A stretch of 64,000 nt of DNA from the NCBI GenBank assembly GCA_049515535.1, contig JBEKTZ010000007.1, positions 124,001-188,000 of the forward strand. The letters run 5' to 3'. Shown here one piece after another: positions 19,374 to 28,731 of the stretch. A program made the position numbers and the translations under genes. Below the pieces are notes generated by a model. That model made no database searches. It was not told where the DNA came from and worked only from the letters and a program-made list of their open reading frames with translations. The stretch comes from Candidatus Aminicenantales bacterium (GTDB taxonomy: Bacteria > Acidobacteriota > Aminicenantia > Aminicenantales > UBA4085). Within the stretch, counting starts at the first letter, position 1. The number at the start of each line of letters is the position of its first letter.

Positions 19374-20261
19374 ATGAATGCCGGCAAACGGGAAGATTGG
19401 AAATTCGAAGTTATATCGCAAATCCTTTTTGCTTTAGCGGAAAACGAAAACATCAAAGAGAATCTCATTTTTAAAGGAGCACTGATTTTAAATCAATATC
19501 TGTCTTCCCCAAGAAAATCTTTAGATATCGATTCGAATCTTACCAGTGCCTTTATCAAAAGCTATCCGCGCCTTGAACAGCAAAAATCTTTCCTTAAAAT
19601 TAATATTGAACAAGCTATTTCTCGTCACTTTGAAAAGCAGGATCCCGTAAGATTCGAACTGAAAAATCTAAAGATCGAGCATATGCCCCGAACCTCCCAT
19701 CCACATGGATGGGATGGTTTCTATATTACAGTTTCCATATCGGATCACGAAAACTCCGGTGTCCGTGGGTTGCCGAATCTGACGATCGATGTAGTGGCGC
19801 CAGAGACTCTTTCGGAATACTCGTTGACTAAGATGCGTCTTGGTAAATCGAAGATTGTCGCATATACGTTAGAGCGAATAGCAGGCGAAAAAGCCCGAGC
19901 GTTTTTAAGTTCTCTTCGGACATATAAGGACAAGATCGGGAAGCGGGAGAAAGCGATCCGTGTTAGAGATCTTTATGATCTCGCTCAAATCGTGCGTGTA
20001 CGGAAATTATCGGACAACACTTTCTGGAAAATTGCCGGGAATGAATTCAAGCTTTCATGTGAATCGCGGTTTGTTGATTGCGTTGGGGTTAGTAGCTTTC
20101 GGGAAGAATGGACTTTAGCGGAAGAACTTTACAAAAAAAGCCCGACTATCCCAAAAGATATCCCTTTTAAAGAAGTAGAGACTTTCATTATAAATATCTC
20201 GAAATATTGGGAAAAAACCGGGATAATTCCGTTTTCGTTCCCCTTGAGCATCCTAGAATAA
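19374..20261 (+). CDS. abiEii: Type IV toxin-antitoxin nucleotidyltransferase toxin, AbiEii family
   Basis: LIFKGALIL, RKSLDID, GEK, RVRDLYDL. Confidence 0.85.
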   Translation: MNAGKREDWKFEVISQILFALAENENIKENLIFKGALILNQYLSSPRKSLDIDSNLTSAFIKSYPRLEQQKSFLKINIEQAISRHFEKQDPVRFELKNLKIEHMPRTSHPHGWDGFYITVSISDHENSGVRGLPNLTIDVVAPETLSEYSLTKMRLGKSKIVAYTLERIAGEKARAFLSSLRTYKDKIGKREKAIRVRDLYDLAQIVRVRKLSDNTFWKIAGNEFKLSCESRFVDCVGVSSFREEWTLAEELYKKSPTIPKDIPFKEVETFIINISKYWEKTGIIPFSFPLSILE

Positions 20262-20351
20262 AATCGGAGACATAATAAGCATTTTCCTATTTCCGGAAGT
20301 GCTGGGGTGAGCAGAATCAGGGAATTAGGTATTGTGTCTTCCAATTACAAT
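20261..20351 (+). repeat. 91-nt imperfect palindromic repeat, copy 1
   Basis: 80/91 ungapped identity to 21135-21225; begins on the last base of the abiEii stop codon. Confidence 0.9.
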
Positions 20352-20406
20352 AATTGATTCCGACGTGTGGGGTAAGGGAGCGGTGGAGGAGTCAGCGTCG
20401 GGGGGC

Positions 20407-20460
20407 TTGACAAGCGCATGGTATATTAGTACATTAGATAATGCTAATAAACTAATATAC
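20407..20460 (+). promoter_or_regulatory. ArsR promoter/operator
   Basis: TTGACA-N17-TACATT overlapped by inverted repeat gtatattagt (20421)...actaatatac (20451). Confidence 0.7.
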
Positions 20461-20485
20461 CATCTCTCATCTGAAAGGAGATCGA

Positions 20486-20863
20486 ATGCTAGACAAGGTT
20501 AAGGTGTTCAAGGCGCTTTCCTCCGAGTCCCGGCTCAAGATCGTCCGGCTGCTCAAGGAACATCCCCAATGCGTCAACGCCATCGCCAAGAGGCTGGGCA
20601 TGACCCAATCGGCTGTTTCCCAACACCTCCGTATCCTTAAGGAAGCCGGTTTGGTCCGAGGCCTGAAGCGCGGGAACTGGATGCACTATGAGATGCCTGT
20701 CGAGAGCCTGAAAAACTGCGGCCGGGTCCTGGCCGAGGTCTTCGGCGTTGGGATCAAGCTCAAAAAGATCACCGACGGGAATCTCAACTGCCCGCCCTCC
20801 CTGTTGAAAGATTGCCGCACGAAGACGCCGGGAGGCAAGAGAACGAAAGGGGGAAAGCCTTGA
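20486..20863 (+). CDS. ArsR/SmtB family transcriptional regulator
   Basis: FKALS..SRLKI, CV, SAVSQHLRILKEAGLV. Confidence 0.9.
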   Translation: MLDKVKVFKALSSESRLKIVRLLKEHPQCVNAIAKRLGMTQSAVSQHLRILKEAGLVRGLKRGNWMHYEMPVESLKNCGRVLAEVFGVGIKLKKITDGNLNCPPSLLKDCRTKTPGGKRTKGGKP

Positions 20864-21135
20864 CCCCGCATCAAATCCAATGTGAGACCCTGAACGTCCG
20901 GACGGATACAAAAATATGTCCTGGTTTGGCCAAAACGGAACAAGGTGAAATGTATCTCCTCGATGCTCGAACGCCCGGCTCCAAAGGCATTTGCTGTCAG
21001 GCTTTCGCGGCGATGAACTCCATGAGAATGGCCATGATGGTGACCGATCAAAAGGATCTGGAGAATTTGGAATACTTTGATGTGACTTGTCCCCATGGTG
21101 CCGTGACCTTTCGGCTTTCCCGGAAGAAGTCATGA
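20860..21135 (+). CDS. Small Cys-rich protein (TIGR04076-like)
   Basis: TTG start overlapping the ArsR stop; ICP...GICCQAF...TCPHG..V.F pattern. Confidence 0.6.
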   Translation: MTPHQIQCETLNVRTDTKICPGLAKTEQGEMYLLDARTPGSKGICCQAFAAMNSMRMAMMVTDQKDLENLEYFDVTCPHGAVTFRLSRKKS

Positions 21136-21225
21136 AATCGGAGACACAATATACATTTCCCTGTTTCCGGGAGTGCAGGGGTGGGCAGAATCAGGGAAAT
21201 AGGGATTGTGTCTCCCAATTACAAT
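21135..21225 (+). repeat. 91-nt imperfect palindromic repeat, copy 2
   Basis: ggagacacaat/attgtgtctcc and atttccctg/cagggaaat arms; begins on the last base of the upstream stop codon. Confidence 0.9.
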
Positions 21226-21282
21226 TTATCGTTTCTTGCTTTTCTCGCTCGCCTTGGCTAGACTCATCTCGGGTTGGCGAAA

Positions 21283-21912
21283 ATGACAGAAGAAATTGCC
21301 TTCACATGGCCCCATAAAAGGCCCTATAAGAACGTCCTCCAATTCAAAATCACGCTCTTGGATACAAATCCTCAAGTTTGGCGGAGAATCCAGGTCCCGG
21401 AGTATTACACTTTTTATGATCTGCACGTCGCCATACAAGACGCCATGAACTGGCTGGATTATCATCTTCACGCTTTCGAGATTAGAATCGGGCGCCAAAT
21501 GCATCAGGCCGTCCGGATCGAGTGCCCGTTTGCTGTTGACGAAATCGAAGAGGAGAATCCGCTGTTTTCTACCGAAGTCCCATTGTCGGATTTCCTAAAG
21601 AAGCCGGAAGACCGAGCGCTTTATATCTATGATTTCGGCGATGGCTGGGAACACGACGTCGTTTGCGAAGGAGCTTTAGCTAAAAAACCAGGCAACAAAT
21701 ATCCTCTATGTCTGGGCGGCGAGATGGCCGGTCCTCCGGAGGACTGCGGCGGAATCCCGGGCTATTACAACTGCATCAAAGCCGTAAAGACACGGGATAA
21801 CTCCGAGGATCTACTGACCTGGTTGGGTCGCTGGAAACCGGACCGCTTCGACCCCGCGCGTGTCAAATTCTGGAGCCCACGGAAACGCCTGCAGAAGGCC
21901 TTTGAGGATTGA
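21283..21912 (+). CDS. Plasmid pRiA4b ORF-3 family protein
   Basis: VWRRIQVP, LHVAIQDAMNW..YHLHAF, YIYDFGDGWEH, PPEDCGG. Confidence 0.9.
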   Translation: MTEEIAFTWPHKRPYKNVLQFKITLLDTNPQVWRRIQVPEYYTFYDLHVAIQDAMNWLDYHLHAFEIRIGRQMHQAVRIECPFAVDEIEEENPLFSTEVPLSDFLKKPEDRALYIYDFGDGWEHDVVCEGALAKKPGNKYPLCLGGEMAGPPEDCGGIPGYYNCIKAVKTRDNSEDLLTWLGRWKPDRFDPARVKFWSPRKRLQKAFED

Positions 21913-22013
21913 GAAACGCTTCCGATTAGGCCTCAATCCAACGGCAGTCCTTGACTTATTATCACAGCGTGATTTACGATCTTTCCTGATGGGAAGCGGT
22001 GGGGGGATGGATA

Positions 22014-22766
22014 ATGAACAATCGATCCGATGATCACATCCTAAAGAACCATTCTGAAATTATCCTCTACCAGACAGAAGACGGACAAAGCCGTATTCAG
22101 GTGCGCTTGAAGGGCGACACGGTTTGGCTGTCTCAGTCCGGAATGGTCGAACTCTACCAAACGACCAAGCAGAACGTGAGTTTTCATATCCAGAACATTT
22201 ACGAGGAAGGGGAATTAGCGCGGGAGGCAACTGTCAAGCAATACTTGACAGTTCAGACTGAAGGGAAACGGAAAATTACTCGGTCGCGCGAATTCTATAA
22301 TCTCGATATGATTCTCGCTATCGGCTACCGTGTAAGGTCTCATCGGGGTGTCCAGTTCCGCCGGTGGGCCACCGAGAGGTTGCGCGAGTATCTCGTCAAA
22401 GGTTTCACGATGGACGACGAGAGGCTCAAGGAAGGCCGAGTTCTTGGGGCAGATTACTTCGATGAGCTTCTGGAGCGCATACGCGATATTCGCGCCTCGG
22501 AAAAGCGCTTCTATCAAAAAATCCGCGACCTTTATGCACTCTCGATCGATTATGATCCTAGAGCCGAGCAGACGCTGGAGTTTTTCAGCATCGTCCAGAA
22601 CAAACTTCATTGGGCAATCGCGGGGAAAACGGCGGCCGAGATCATCAAGGGACGCGCCGACGCCGGGAAGCCGAATATGGGCTTGACAAGTTGGAAAGGT
22701 GCAAAGGTTCGCAGAACCGACGTATTGGTGCAGGGCCTTATAACGACTTTTCCTCCATCGCCGTGA
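22014..22766 (+). pseudogene. RhuM family protein, C-terminally truncated
   Basis: YNLDMILAIGYRVRS, FRRWAT, LVKGFTMDDERLK, RASEKRFYQK; family similarity ends after MGLTSWKGAKVRRTDV. Confidence 0.75.
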
Positions 22767-22990
22767 TGAATCAAAACGAATAAAAATTAAAAGAAGAGAG
22801 AATTCAGGGTTTCTTAGCTCATTCTTCATCATAAATTCACCGAGGAGAGCGATACTGGCCAAACGACGGCGATGTTGGCCGTCCTACGATCAGACGGCGA
22901 TGGCCATGACACGCGAGCCGGAGTATGTTATATTTAAAAAAACGGGCGATGTCATGATCGTCGGCTGTCCGTGAATATCTGGAGGCCAAA

Positions 22991-23680
22991 ATGGAAAGGC
23001 TATTCGACGAGGAATTGAAAAACCTCAAGGAAAAATTGCTGCGCATGGCCGCGCTCGTGGAGGAATCCATCGAGCTTTCGATCGAGGGGCTAAAAGAACA
23101 GAAGGAAGAACCGGCCCTCGAAGTCATGAAACTGGAAGAAGACGTTAACCTTTTGGATGTGGAGATCGACGAGACCTGCCTTCGGCTGCTCGCTCTCAGG
23201 CAGCCCATGGCCGGCGACCTGCGGTTCATCACGTCGGCCATGAAGATCGGGACCGAGCTCGAGCGAATGGGAGACCTGGCCGTCAACATCGCTCAGCGGG
23301 CCCTCGAACTGAACAAAATGCCCCTTCTCAAGCCGCTGATCGATATCCCGCGGATGGCCGTTCTGGCCCGGGCCATGGTTACGGACTCGATCAACGCCTT
23401 CATCAACCGGGACGAGAACCTGGCCCGGGACATTTGTAAGCGGGACGACGAGGTCGACGCCCTCAACGACCAGATTTTCCGAGAACTCCTCACCTACATG
23501 ATCGAAGATCCGGTCACCATCAAGCGGGCCGTGGGGCTGCTTTTGGTCGGCCGCCATCTCGAGCGCATTGCCGACCATGCCACGAACATCGGAGAGGACG
23601 TGATTTATCTGGTTAAGGGAAAGACGATCAAACATCATATCGATAAAAAGCGGGAAAGCGGCAGCTGCGAGGACTTTTAA
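22991..23680 (+). CDS. phoU: Phosphate signalling complex protein PhoU
   Basis: QPMAGDLR, LERMGDLAVNIA, DDEVD, LERIADHATNIGE. Confidence 0.95.
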   Translation: MERLFDEELKNLKEKLLRMAALVEESIELSIEGLKEQKEEPALEVMKLEEDVNLLDVEIDETCLRLLALRQPMAGDLRFITSAMKIGTELERMGDLAVNIAQRALELNKMPLLKPLIDIPRMAVLARAMVTDSINAFINRDENLARDICKRDDEVDALNDQIFRELLTYMIEDPVTIKRAVGLLLVGRHLERIADHATNIGEDVIYLVKGKTIKHHIDKKRESGSCEDF

Positions 23681-23691
23681 GAAAGAAAGCG

Positions 23692-24705
23692 TTGCTCTTT
23701 CGCCTGGGCGGGCTGGGCGATTTGCTCGTCGCGCTCCCGTCCATTAACCTCCTCCGAAAGTCGTTCCCCGGCCTGGTTCTCCACCTTGTCGGACGAAAAG
23801 AGTACGGCGAGTTTCTTCGCCAGGAGGGCGTAGTCGAAATCGCGCATTCCATCGATGAAGCGAAATGGGCGTCGCTTTTCGAAGATTCCATCGCGGTGCC
23901 CCCGGAAATGAGACGATGGATTTCCGGATTTGACTTCATCCTGGGCTGGTTTCAACCAAAAACGGAGATGCGGCGTTTTTCCCGGATACTCGACGATCTG
24001 AGTCCGGAGGCGCGTTTGATAATTTACGACTTCGCTTCGCGACGCCCGATCAGCCGCTATTTTTTCGAAAGGACCGCGGAGGCGATCAAGCCGAACGGAC
24101 GTCCCGCGCCGGCCTTCGAAGAATGCGTCCGGCTTCCATCATCGGAGATTTCCTCGGCGGCGGCCGGGGCCCCGGGCTTTACCCGGGGGTCCACTTCCGC
24201 CGTACTCGCCCGTGGATATAAGCTACGGGCGAGTGATGAGCCGAAGGCTCGTCCCTTGACGCCGAAATTCGCGGTCGTGCATCCCGGGAGCGGGAGTCCA
24301 AAAAAATGCTGGCCGCTCGACCGGTTTCTCGAGGTCGTCTCTTTTCTGCAGAGACGGGGTTTCAGCGGGACCCTGGCCACGGGCGAGGCCGAGGAGCGTT
24401 GGGAGGGAGAACTCCGCAAGGTCGCGCTTCCGGCGGGCTGGACTTGGCTTCGGCGTCCGGCCCTTCCGGCGTTGGCCCGTTTGCTGCGCGAGGCGACGTT
24501 ATATCTCGGCAACGATTCCGGCGTGACGCATCTGGCGGCGGCCTGCGGAACGAATGTCATCGCGATCTTCCGGAAAGAATTCGAAACGGCCTGGCGGCCA
24601 TTCGGCCGGACCACGGTCCTGAGCGCCGAGAACGTCGAGCAGGTTTCTCTCGAGGATGTCGTCGCGGCCATCGGCCGGGTCCTCAGCCGACCATCCGCCG
24701 GTTAG
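23692..24705 (+). CDS. Glycosyltransferase family 9 (heptosyltransferase-like) with a 34-aa repeat-derived insert
   Basis: RLGGLGD, HPGSGSPKKCWP, GNDSGVTHLAAA; the start may be the in-frame CTG at 23665. Confidence 0.88.
   Translation: MLFRLGGLGDLLVALPSINLLRKSFPGLVLHLVGRKEYGEFLRQEGVVEIAHSIDEAKWASLFEDSIAVPPEMRRWISGFDFILGWFQPKTEMRRFSRILDDLSPEARLIIYDFASRRPISRYFFERTAEAIKPNGRPAPAFEECVRLPSSEISSAAAGAPGFTRGSTSAVLARGYKLRASDEPKARPLTPKFAVVHPGSGSPKKCWPLDRFLEVVSFLQRRGFSGTLATGEAEERWEGELRKVALPAGWTWLRRPALPALARLLREATLYLGNDSGVTHLAAACGTNVIAIFRKEFETAWRPFGRTTVLSAENVEQVSLEDVVAAIGRVLSRPSAG
24159..24260. mobile_element. Palindromic mini-element, 102-nt form, in-frame in the GT9 gene
   Basis: Near-identical to 26157-26258; ends cccttgac. 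Confidence 0.88.
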
Positions 24706-24777
24706 ATGGTGTTTCGGCGGATATCAGCGAGTTCGGTCATGAGGGCACGGCGAACTCCGGGAAGGGGGCATTTCCGC

Positions 24778-24840
24778 GGCGGACGGGGCCCCGGGGAAAG
24801 CCCAGGGGTCCATTTCCGCCGCGAAGGCTCGTCCCTTGAC
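24778..24840. mobile_element. Palindromic mini-element, 63-nt form, intergenic
   Basis: Same ends as the 102-nt form, lacking the 39-nt internal hairpin. Confidence 0.8.
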
Positions 24841-24923
24841 TCCGTTTTTCGCGCTCCATGGGAAAGCTTCAATTACCGCGTCTCCTGTGGTAATATAAGC
24901 GCAAAGAAAGGCAGCCGGCGACA

Positions 24924-25388
24924 ATGGACACCACGGACTGGCGCGACGATCTCAAAATCTCTTTCGGCGATCTCCAGGTCATCGAAAAATGCCGGGCCGA
25001 GGCCATCGAGCAGTTCGACCAGTTCTGCGATTACGTCGTCGAGCCCGCTTTCGAGGCCTTGGCCGAGGAATTCAAGGAATATCAGATCAAGATGAAAACC
25101 TGGAAGGCGCCGGGAAAATCCATCCACCTCGAAATCCGGTTTCCCAAGTCCCGGATCGACCAGTTCCATTACATCCTGTGGATGCCCAGAAATTCCGTGG
25201 AGCTCAAGCTGAAATTGACGACCCGGGCGCGCAAAACACGGTTCGGCCCGCTCGAGGAAAAATCCGTCCCGTTCATCGAGAACGTCACGCCCAAGGAAAT
25301 CCTCAAACTCGACAAGGAAGCCCTCGCCCAGGACGTGGTGGCCCGCTATAAGAAGTTGCTTTACGAGACGGCGGTCGTGTCCGACTAG
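24924..25388 (+). CDS. Hypothetical protein
   Basis: 154-aa ORF with typical codon usage filling the gap between neighbours. Confidence 0.7.
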   Translation: MDTTDWRDDLKISFGDLQVIEKCRAEAIEQFDQFCDYVVEPAFEALAEEFKEYQIKMKTWKAPGKSIHLEIRFPKSRIDQFHYILWMPRNSVELKLKLTTRARKTRFGPLEEKSVPFIENVTPKEILKLDKEALAQDVVARYKKLLYETAVVSD

Positions 25389-25404
25389 GACCGCACTCTT
25401 TTCC

Positions 25405-26127
25405 TCAACGATTCAGGCGTTCCAGGGTTTGGAACAGAACCTCGTATTCAGGCCGGTCCGTGGTGCTCTGGCCGATGTACTTGAACTGACAGATGCCCTT
25501 CTTGTCCACGATGAACACGCTGGTGATGCACTGGTCGACCTTGCTTCCGCCCCATTCCGTGGCGAAAAGGCCGAGGCCCTTGGACACTTTGCGGTCGGCA
25601 TCGATGAGCAGAGGGAAGGGCGTCGGGACTTTGCCTTTTTCCAGACTGAGCTCCTTGGGATACGACGTGCGCCATCTCTCCATCCGGGCCTTGCCTTGTT
25701 CATCGAGCTTGGCGGGATCGGCGGGATGCTTCCACTCCTTGATTTTCTGCAGCTGGTCGGGATTGTCCTCGACCCATTTCTTGACGACGTCGGCCGCGTA
25801 GGGGAAGACCAAAACGATCTCAACGTCGTATTTTTTTCGGATTTCGGATGTCTTCTCGAGATCGACGAGCTCCGCGTATTTGTAGTTGTCGATCGTGCAC
25901 CAGCGGGCTTCACCGGCGAATCCCCGCGGGAAGATCAACATCACGTTCTTTCCCTTCAAAGACGACAAAGCGAATGTCCCTCCCTGATAGGTCGGCAGCG
26001 CGAAATCCGGCATCGGCCGTCCGATCGTCACCGGCTTGATTTCGTCAGCCTGGGAAAAGAGGAACGTGCCGGCCGCTGCAAGGAACACGGCGATCAGCCC
26101 CGCGGCGATCATGTGATTTCTCTTCAT
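25405..26127 (-). CDS. Exported AhpC/TSA redoxin-like protein
   Basis: Signal peptide, MPDFALP, LSSLKGK, WC, FPLLID, FIVDKKG. Confidence 0.8.
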   Translation of the reverse strand: MKRNHMIAAGLIAVFLAAAGTFLFSQADEIKPVTIGRPMPDFALPTYQGGTFALSSLKGKNVMLIFPRGFAGEARWCTIDNYKYAELVDLEKTSEIRKKYDVEIVLVFPYAADVVKKWVEDNPDQLQKIKEWKHPADPAKLDEQGKARMERWRTSYPKELSLEKGKVPTPFPLLIDADRKVSKGLGLFATEWGGSKVDQCITSVFIVDKKGICQFKYIGQSTTDRPEYEVLFQTLERLNR

Positions 26128-26156
26128 GTGAACCTCCTTCGGAAATCCGCGTCGAC

Positions 26157-26258
26157 GGCGGCCGGGGCCCCGGGCTTTACCCGGGGGTCCACTTCCGCCG
26201 TACTCGCCCGTGGATATAAGCCACGGGCGAGTGGCGAGCCGAAGGCTCGTCCCTTGAC
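26157..26258. mobile_element. Palindromic mini-element, 102-nt form, intergenic
   Basis: Hairpins ccccgggctttacccggggg, actcgcccgtgg-atataag-ccacgggcgagt, cgagcc-gaa-ggctcg. Confidence 0.88.
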
Positions 26259-26445
26259 GCCATCGTCGACTTACTTTACGTATAATAGACCCGGGACCGG
26301 TCCCAAGGCAAGCCGGCCGTCGTCTGACCGTATTGCGGTCAGGGCCGTCGTCCGCGAAATAGGCCGCCGGAACGCGCTGGTTCGGTTTTAATCTTGTGGA
26401 ATTGCCCTCGTCGTTTTGTTAAAATGCGAACAGAGATGTTGTCCG

Positions 26446-26847
26446 TTGAAAAAACTCACCATCACGGCCGATCTTTCCGAAATCGATAACATCCGCCAAT
26501 TTCTCAAGGACAGCCTTCGGGGACTCCCGATTTCCGAGGAAAACTATTTCAAGATCGAGCTGGCCATCGTCGAAATCTGCGTCAACGTGATCCGCTATGG
26601 GTATCCGGAGCGCCGGGGGGAGATTGACATCGCCATCCGGGACGCCGGGGGGCGCATCGCGATCGAGATCCGGGATTCCGGCGTACGATTTGATCCGGGC
26701 AGCGTCCCGAAGCCCGACATCGACGAAGTCATCGCGGCCGGTGGGAAAGGCAGCCTGGGGATCTATCTCGTCCGCCAGATCATGGACGAGTTCGACTACC
26801 GCTGGGAAAACGGCGAGAATATCCTCACTCTCGTGAAGACGATTTAA
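26446..26847 (+). CDS. RsbW/SpoIIAB-like anti-sigma factor Ser kinase
   Basis: ELAIVEICVNVIRYG, IRDSG..FDP, GSLGIYLV..IMDE. Confidence 0.88.
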   Translation: MKKLTITADLSEIDNIRQFLKDSLRGLPISEENYFKIELAIVEICVNVIRYGYPERRGEIDIAIRDAGGRIAIEIRDSGVRFDPGSVPKPDIDEVIAAGGKGSLGIYLVRQIMDEFDYRWENGENILTLVKTI

Positions 26848-26929
26848 ACTGGCGGAAACCCGTCGTTTTCTTGGGCCGGAGCGCCCCCGCCGCGCCGATC
26901 CAAAGCGAGGCGCCTTCTCCCTTTGTCCT

Positions 26930-27763
26930 CTATTTTTCGTAGATGACGCTCTCTTCGCCGTTCTTTTTGATTAGCTTATCCATCTCCGCGAGGACCAAAT
27001 CCTTGCGGATCATGACGCATTTGATCTCCTCATCCGTGAGATATTCTCCGACCGCGGTCTTGATCTGTTCGTACGTCAGCGCTTTGATTTTCTCGAAGAA
27101 GGCCTTGGGCAGCTCTTTCATGACCATCGGCCCTTCCGGATGTTTCTCCGTGTAGATCAATTGCTTGATGAATTTCCCCGTCGTCCGGAAACTCCTGGAG
27201 TGATCGATGAGGATCATCCGCCAATCCGGAAGAACGATCAGGTAATTGTCTAGATGACGGTCTTCGTTGGCGATCAGATTATCGAAAGCCCGCTGCAAAT
27301 AGAGCGCCCGGTTGTAATAGAAGACGCGATAGGAAGGCTTTTTGATGTTTTCTTCGGTGATTTTTTTGAGCGATTTCGTGTCGTCTATCCATAGCTGCAA
27401 TGAGCCGCGGTTACCGTTGAACCGCCGCTCGATGGTGACCGGGACCATGCCGAGGCCCAGGATCTTGTCCATTTCATAGCCGGCGACTTCGTATTTCCAA
27501 CTGTCGATATATCCCGCGGGTCTCCCCGAGACGTCTTTCCAGAGGCCTTTTTTCGTGACATCGCCCTGCTTGAGGGTCAGGGTCCACGGATGCGTCACGG
27601 CTGCCTCGGTGATTTGCTTGCTGTCGATGATCTCCGCCGTCTTCAGGAATTCTTCCCATTTGGCCCGGTCAGCCACTTCTTCGGGCTTTAACTGAGCGAA
27701 GGATCGAACGCAGAGACCCAGCACGCCGCACGCGAAAAGGACGACAAAAAGCTTCTTCTTCAT
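26930..27763 (-). CDS. Exported atypical kinase (PI4K2/Fam20-like fold)
   Basis: Signal peptide; LWK, EVAGYEMDKILGLGMVPVT, GSLQLW, FDNLIANEDRHLDN, IDHSRSF. Confidence 0.8.
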   Translation of the reverse strand: MKKKLFVVLFACGVLGLCVRSFAQLKPEEVADRAKWEEFLKTAEIIDSKQITEAAVTHPWTLTLKQGDVTKKGLWKDVSGRPAGYIDSWKYEVAGYEMDKILGLGMVPVTIERRFNGNRGSLQLWIDDTKSLKKITEENIKKPSYRVFYYNRALYLQRAFDNLIANEDRHLDNYLIVLPDWRMILIDHSRSFRTTGKFIKQLIYTEKHPEGPMVMKELPKAFFEKIKALTYEQIKTAVGEYLTDEEIKCVMIRKDLVLAEMDKLIKKNGEESVIYEK

Positions 27764-27775
27764 TCTCTCTCCTCC

Positions 27776-28612
27776 TTAATACAAAACGTTCGCCTCACCG
27801 TTTTTCTTGATCATGTCCGCGATCTCGGCCGTGATGAGCGGGATCCGGGCGATGATCGCGCGGATTTCGTCGTCGGTCAGGTACGGCCCGACGGCCTGTT
27901 TGATGACGGCGAAGTTCAGGGCTTTGATTTTCTCGAAAAGAGCGCGGGGAACTCGCTGGATGAGAAACGAGCCGCCGTCGTCCTTCCTGACGATCCCCTT
28001 GGCCCCGTACATCAGCCGCCGGGAGTATTTCCCGCCGGCTTGGAAGGCACGGGAATGGTCGATGAGAATCATCCGCCAATCATCGGTGAACAGGACATTC
28101 TGCTGAGTCCGGTCCGCGTTGGCGATCAGACTATCCCAGAGCCGGGCAATATATTTCATGCGGTCGGTCTGGGCGATCGCCTGATCGGGGATTTGCTCGT
28201 TGTTTTCTTGCATCTTGAGAAGGCTGGTTCTGTTGTCGGCCCACAGGGACAGATCTCCCTTTTTTCCGTTGAATTCCCGCTCGATCGCGGGAGGGATCAT
28301 ATTCAGGCCGATGAGCTTGTCGAGCCGATAGGCCGCAATTTCATGTTTCCAGCTGTCGAGAATATCGTCGATTTTTTCATCGGGATTCTTCCAGGCCGCC
28401 CTTTTTTGGACGTCGCCCTTTTGGAGATAGATCCTCCAGGGAGACGTGACGCCTTCCCCGATCGGTTCGCTCTTGACGATATCGGCCGCTTTCATGAATT
28501 CTTCCCACTGTTCGCGCAGGGCGATATCCGCGGGTTTGAACTGGGCCTGGGCGTAAGGGCCCGAGGCCAGCAGCCATGACGCCAAGACGAGCCCAAAGGT
28601 TTTTGTTCTCAT
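27776..28612 (-). CDS. Exported atypical kinase (PI4K2/Fam20-like fold)
   Basis: Signal peptide ending AQA; AWK, EIAAYRLDKLIGLNMIPP, WDSLIANADRTQQN, IDHSRAF. Confidence 0.8.
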   Translation of the reverse strand: MRTKTFGLVLASWLLASGPYAQAQFKPADIALREQWEEFMKAADIVKSEPIGEGVTSPWRIYLQKGDVQKRAAWKNPDEKIDDILDSWKHEIAAYRLDKLIGLNMIPPAIEREFNGKKGDLSLWADNRTSLLKMQENNEQIPDQAIAQTDRMKYIARLWDSLIANADRTQQNVLFTDDWRMILIDHSRAFQAGGKYSRRLMYGAKGIVRKDDGGSFLIQRVPRALFEKIKALNFAVIKQAVGPYLTDDEIRAIIARIPLITAEIADMIKKNGEANVLY

Positions 28613-28731
28613 AGCCCGATCTCGTTTCGGCCGATTCCCCTCCTCCAAGATGCCCTCAGTTTAATACCGGAGAATCGAGAAAATCAAGAGAGAATAAGAA
28701 TTTTTTATTGACCTGCGGAAACGCTGAATCC

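Larger units (their letters stand above)
18100..22830. mobile_element. Low-GC accessory/defence island between pstS and phoU (boundaries approximate)
   Basis: Visible drop in GC; mobile-associated genes (AbiE, pRiA4b ORF3, RhuM); no integrase seen. Confidence 0.65.

Noticed and set aside
20261..21225. Classical integron attC sites
   Set aside because: No RYYYAAC/GTTRRRY ends and no intI in the window; kept only as an integron-like finding
24706..25095. 129-aa ORF after the GT9 gene
   Set aside because: Runs through the 63-nt mini-element and overlaps the better 24924-25388 ORF in another frame
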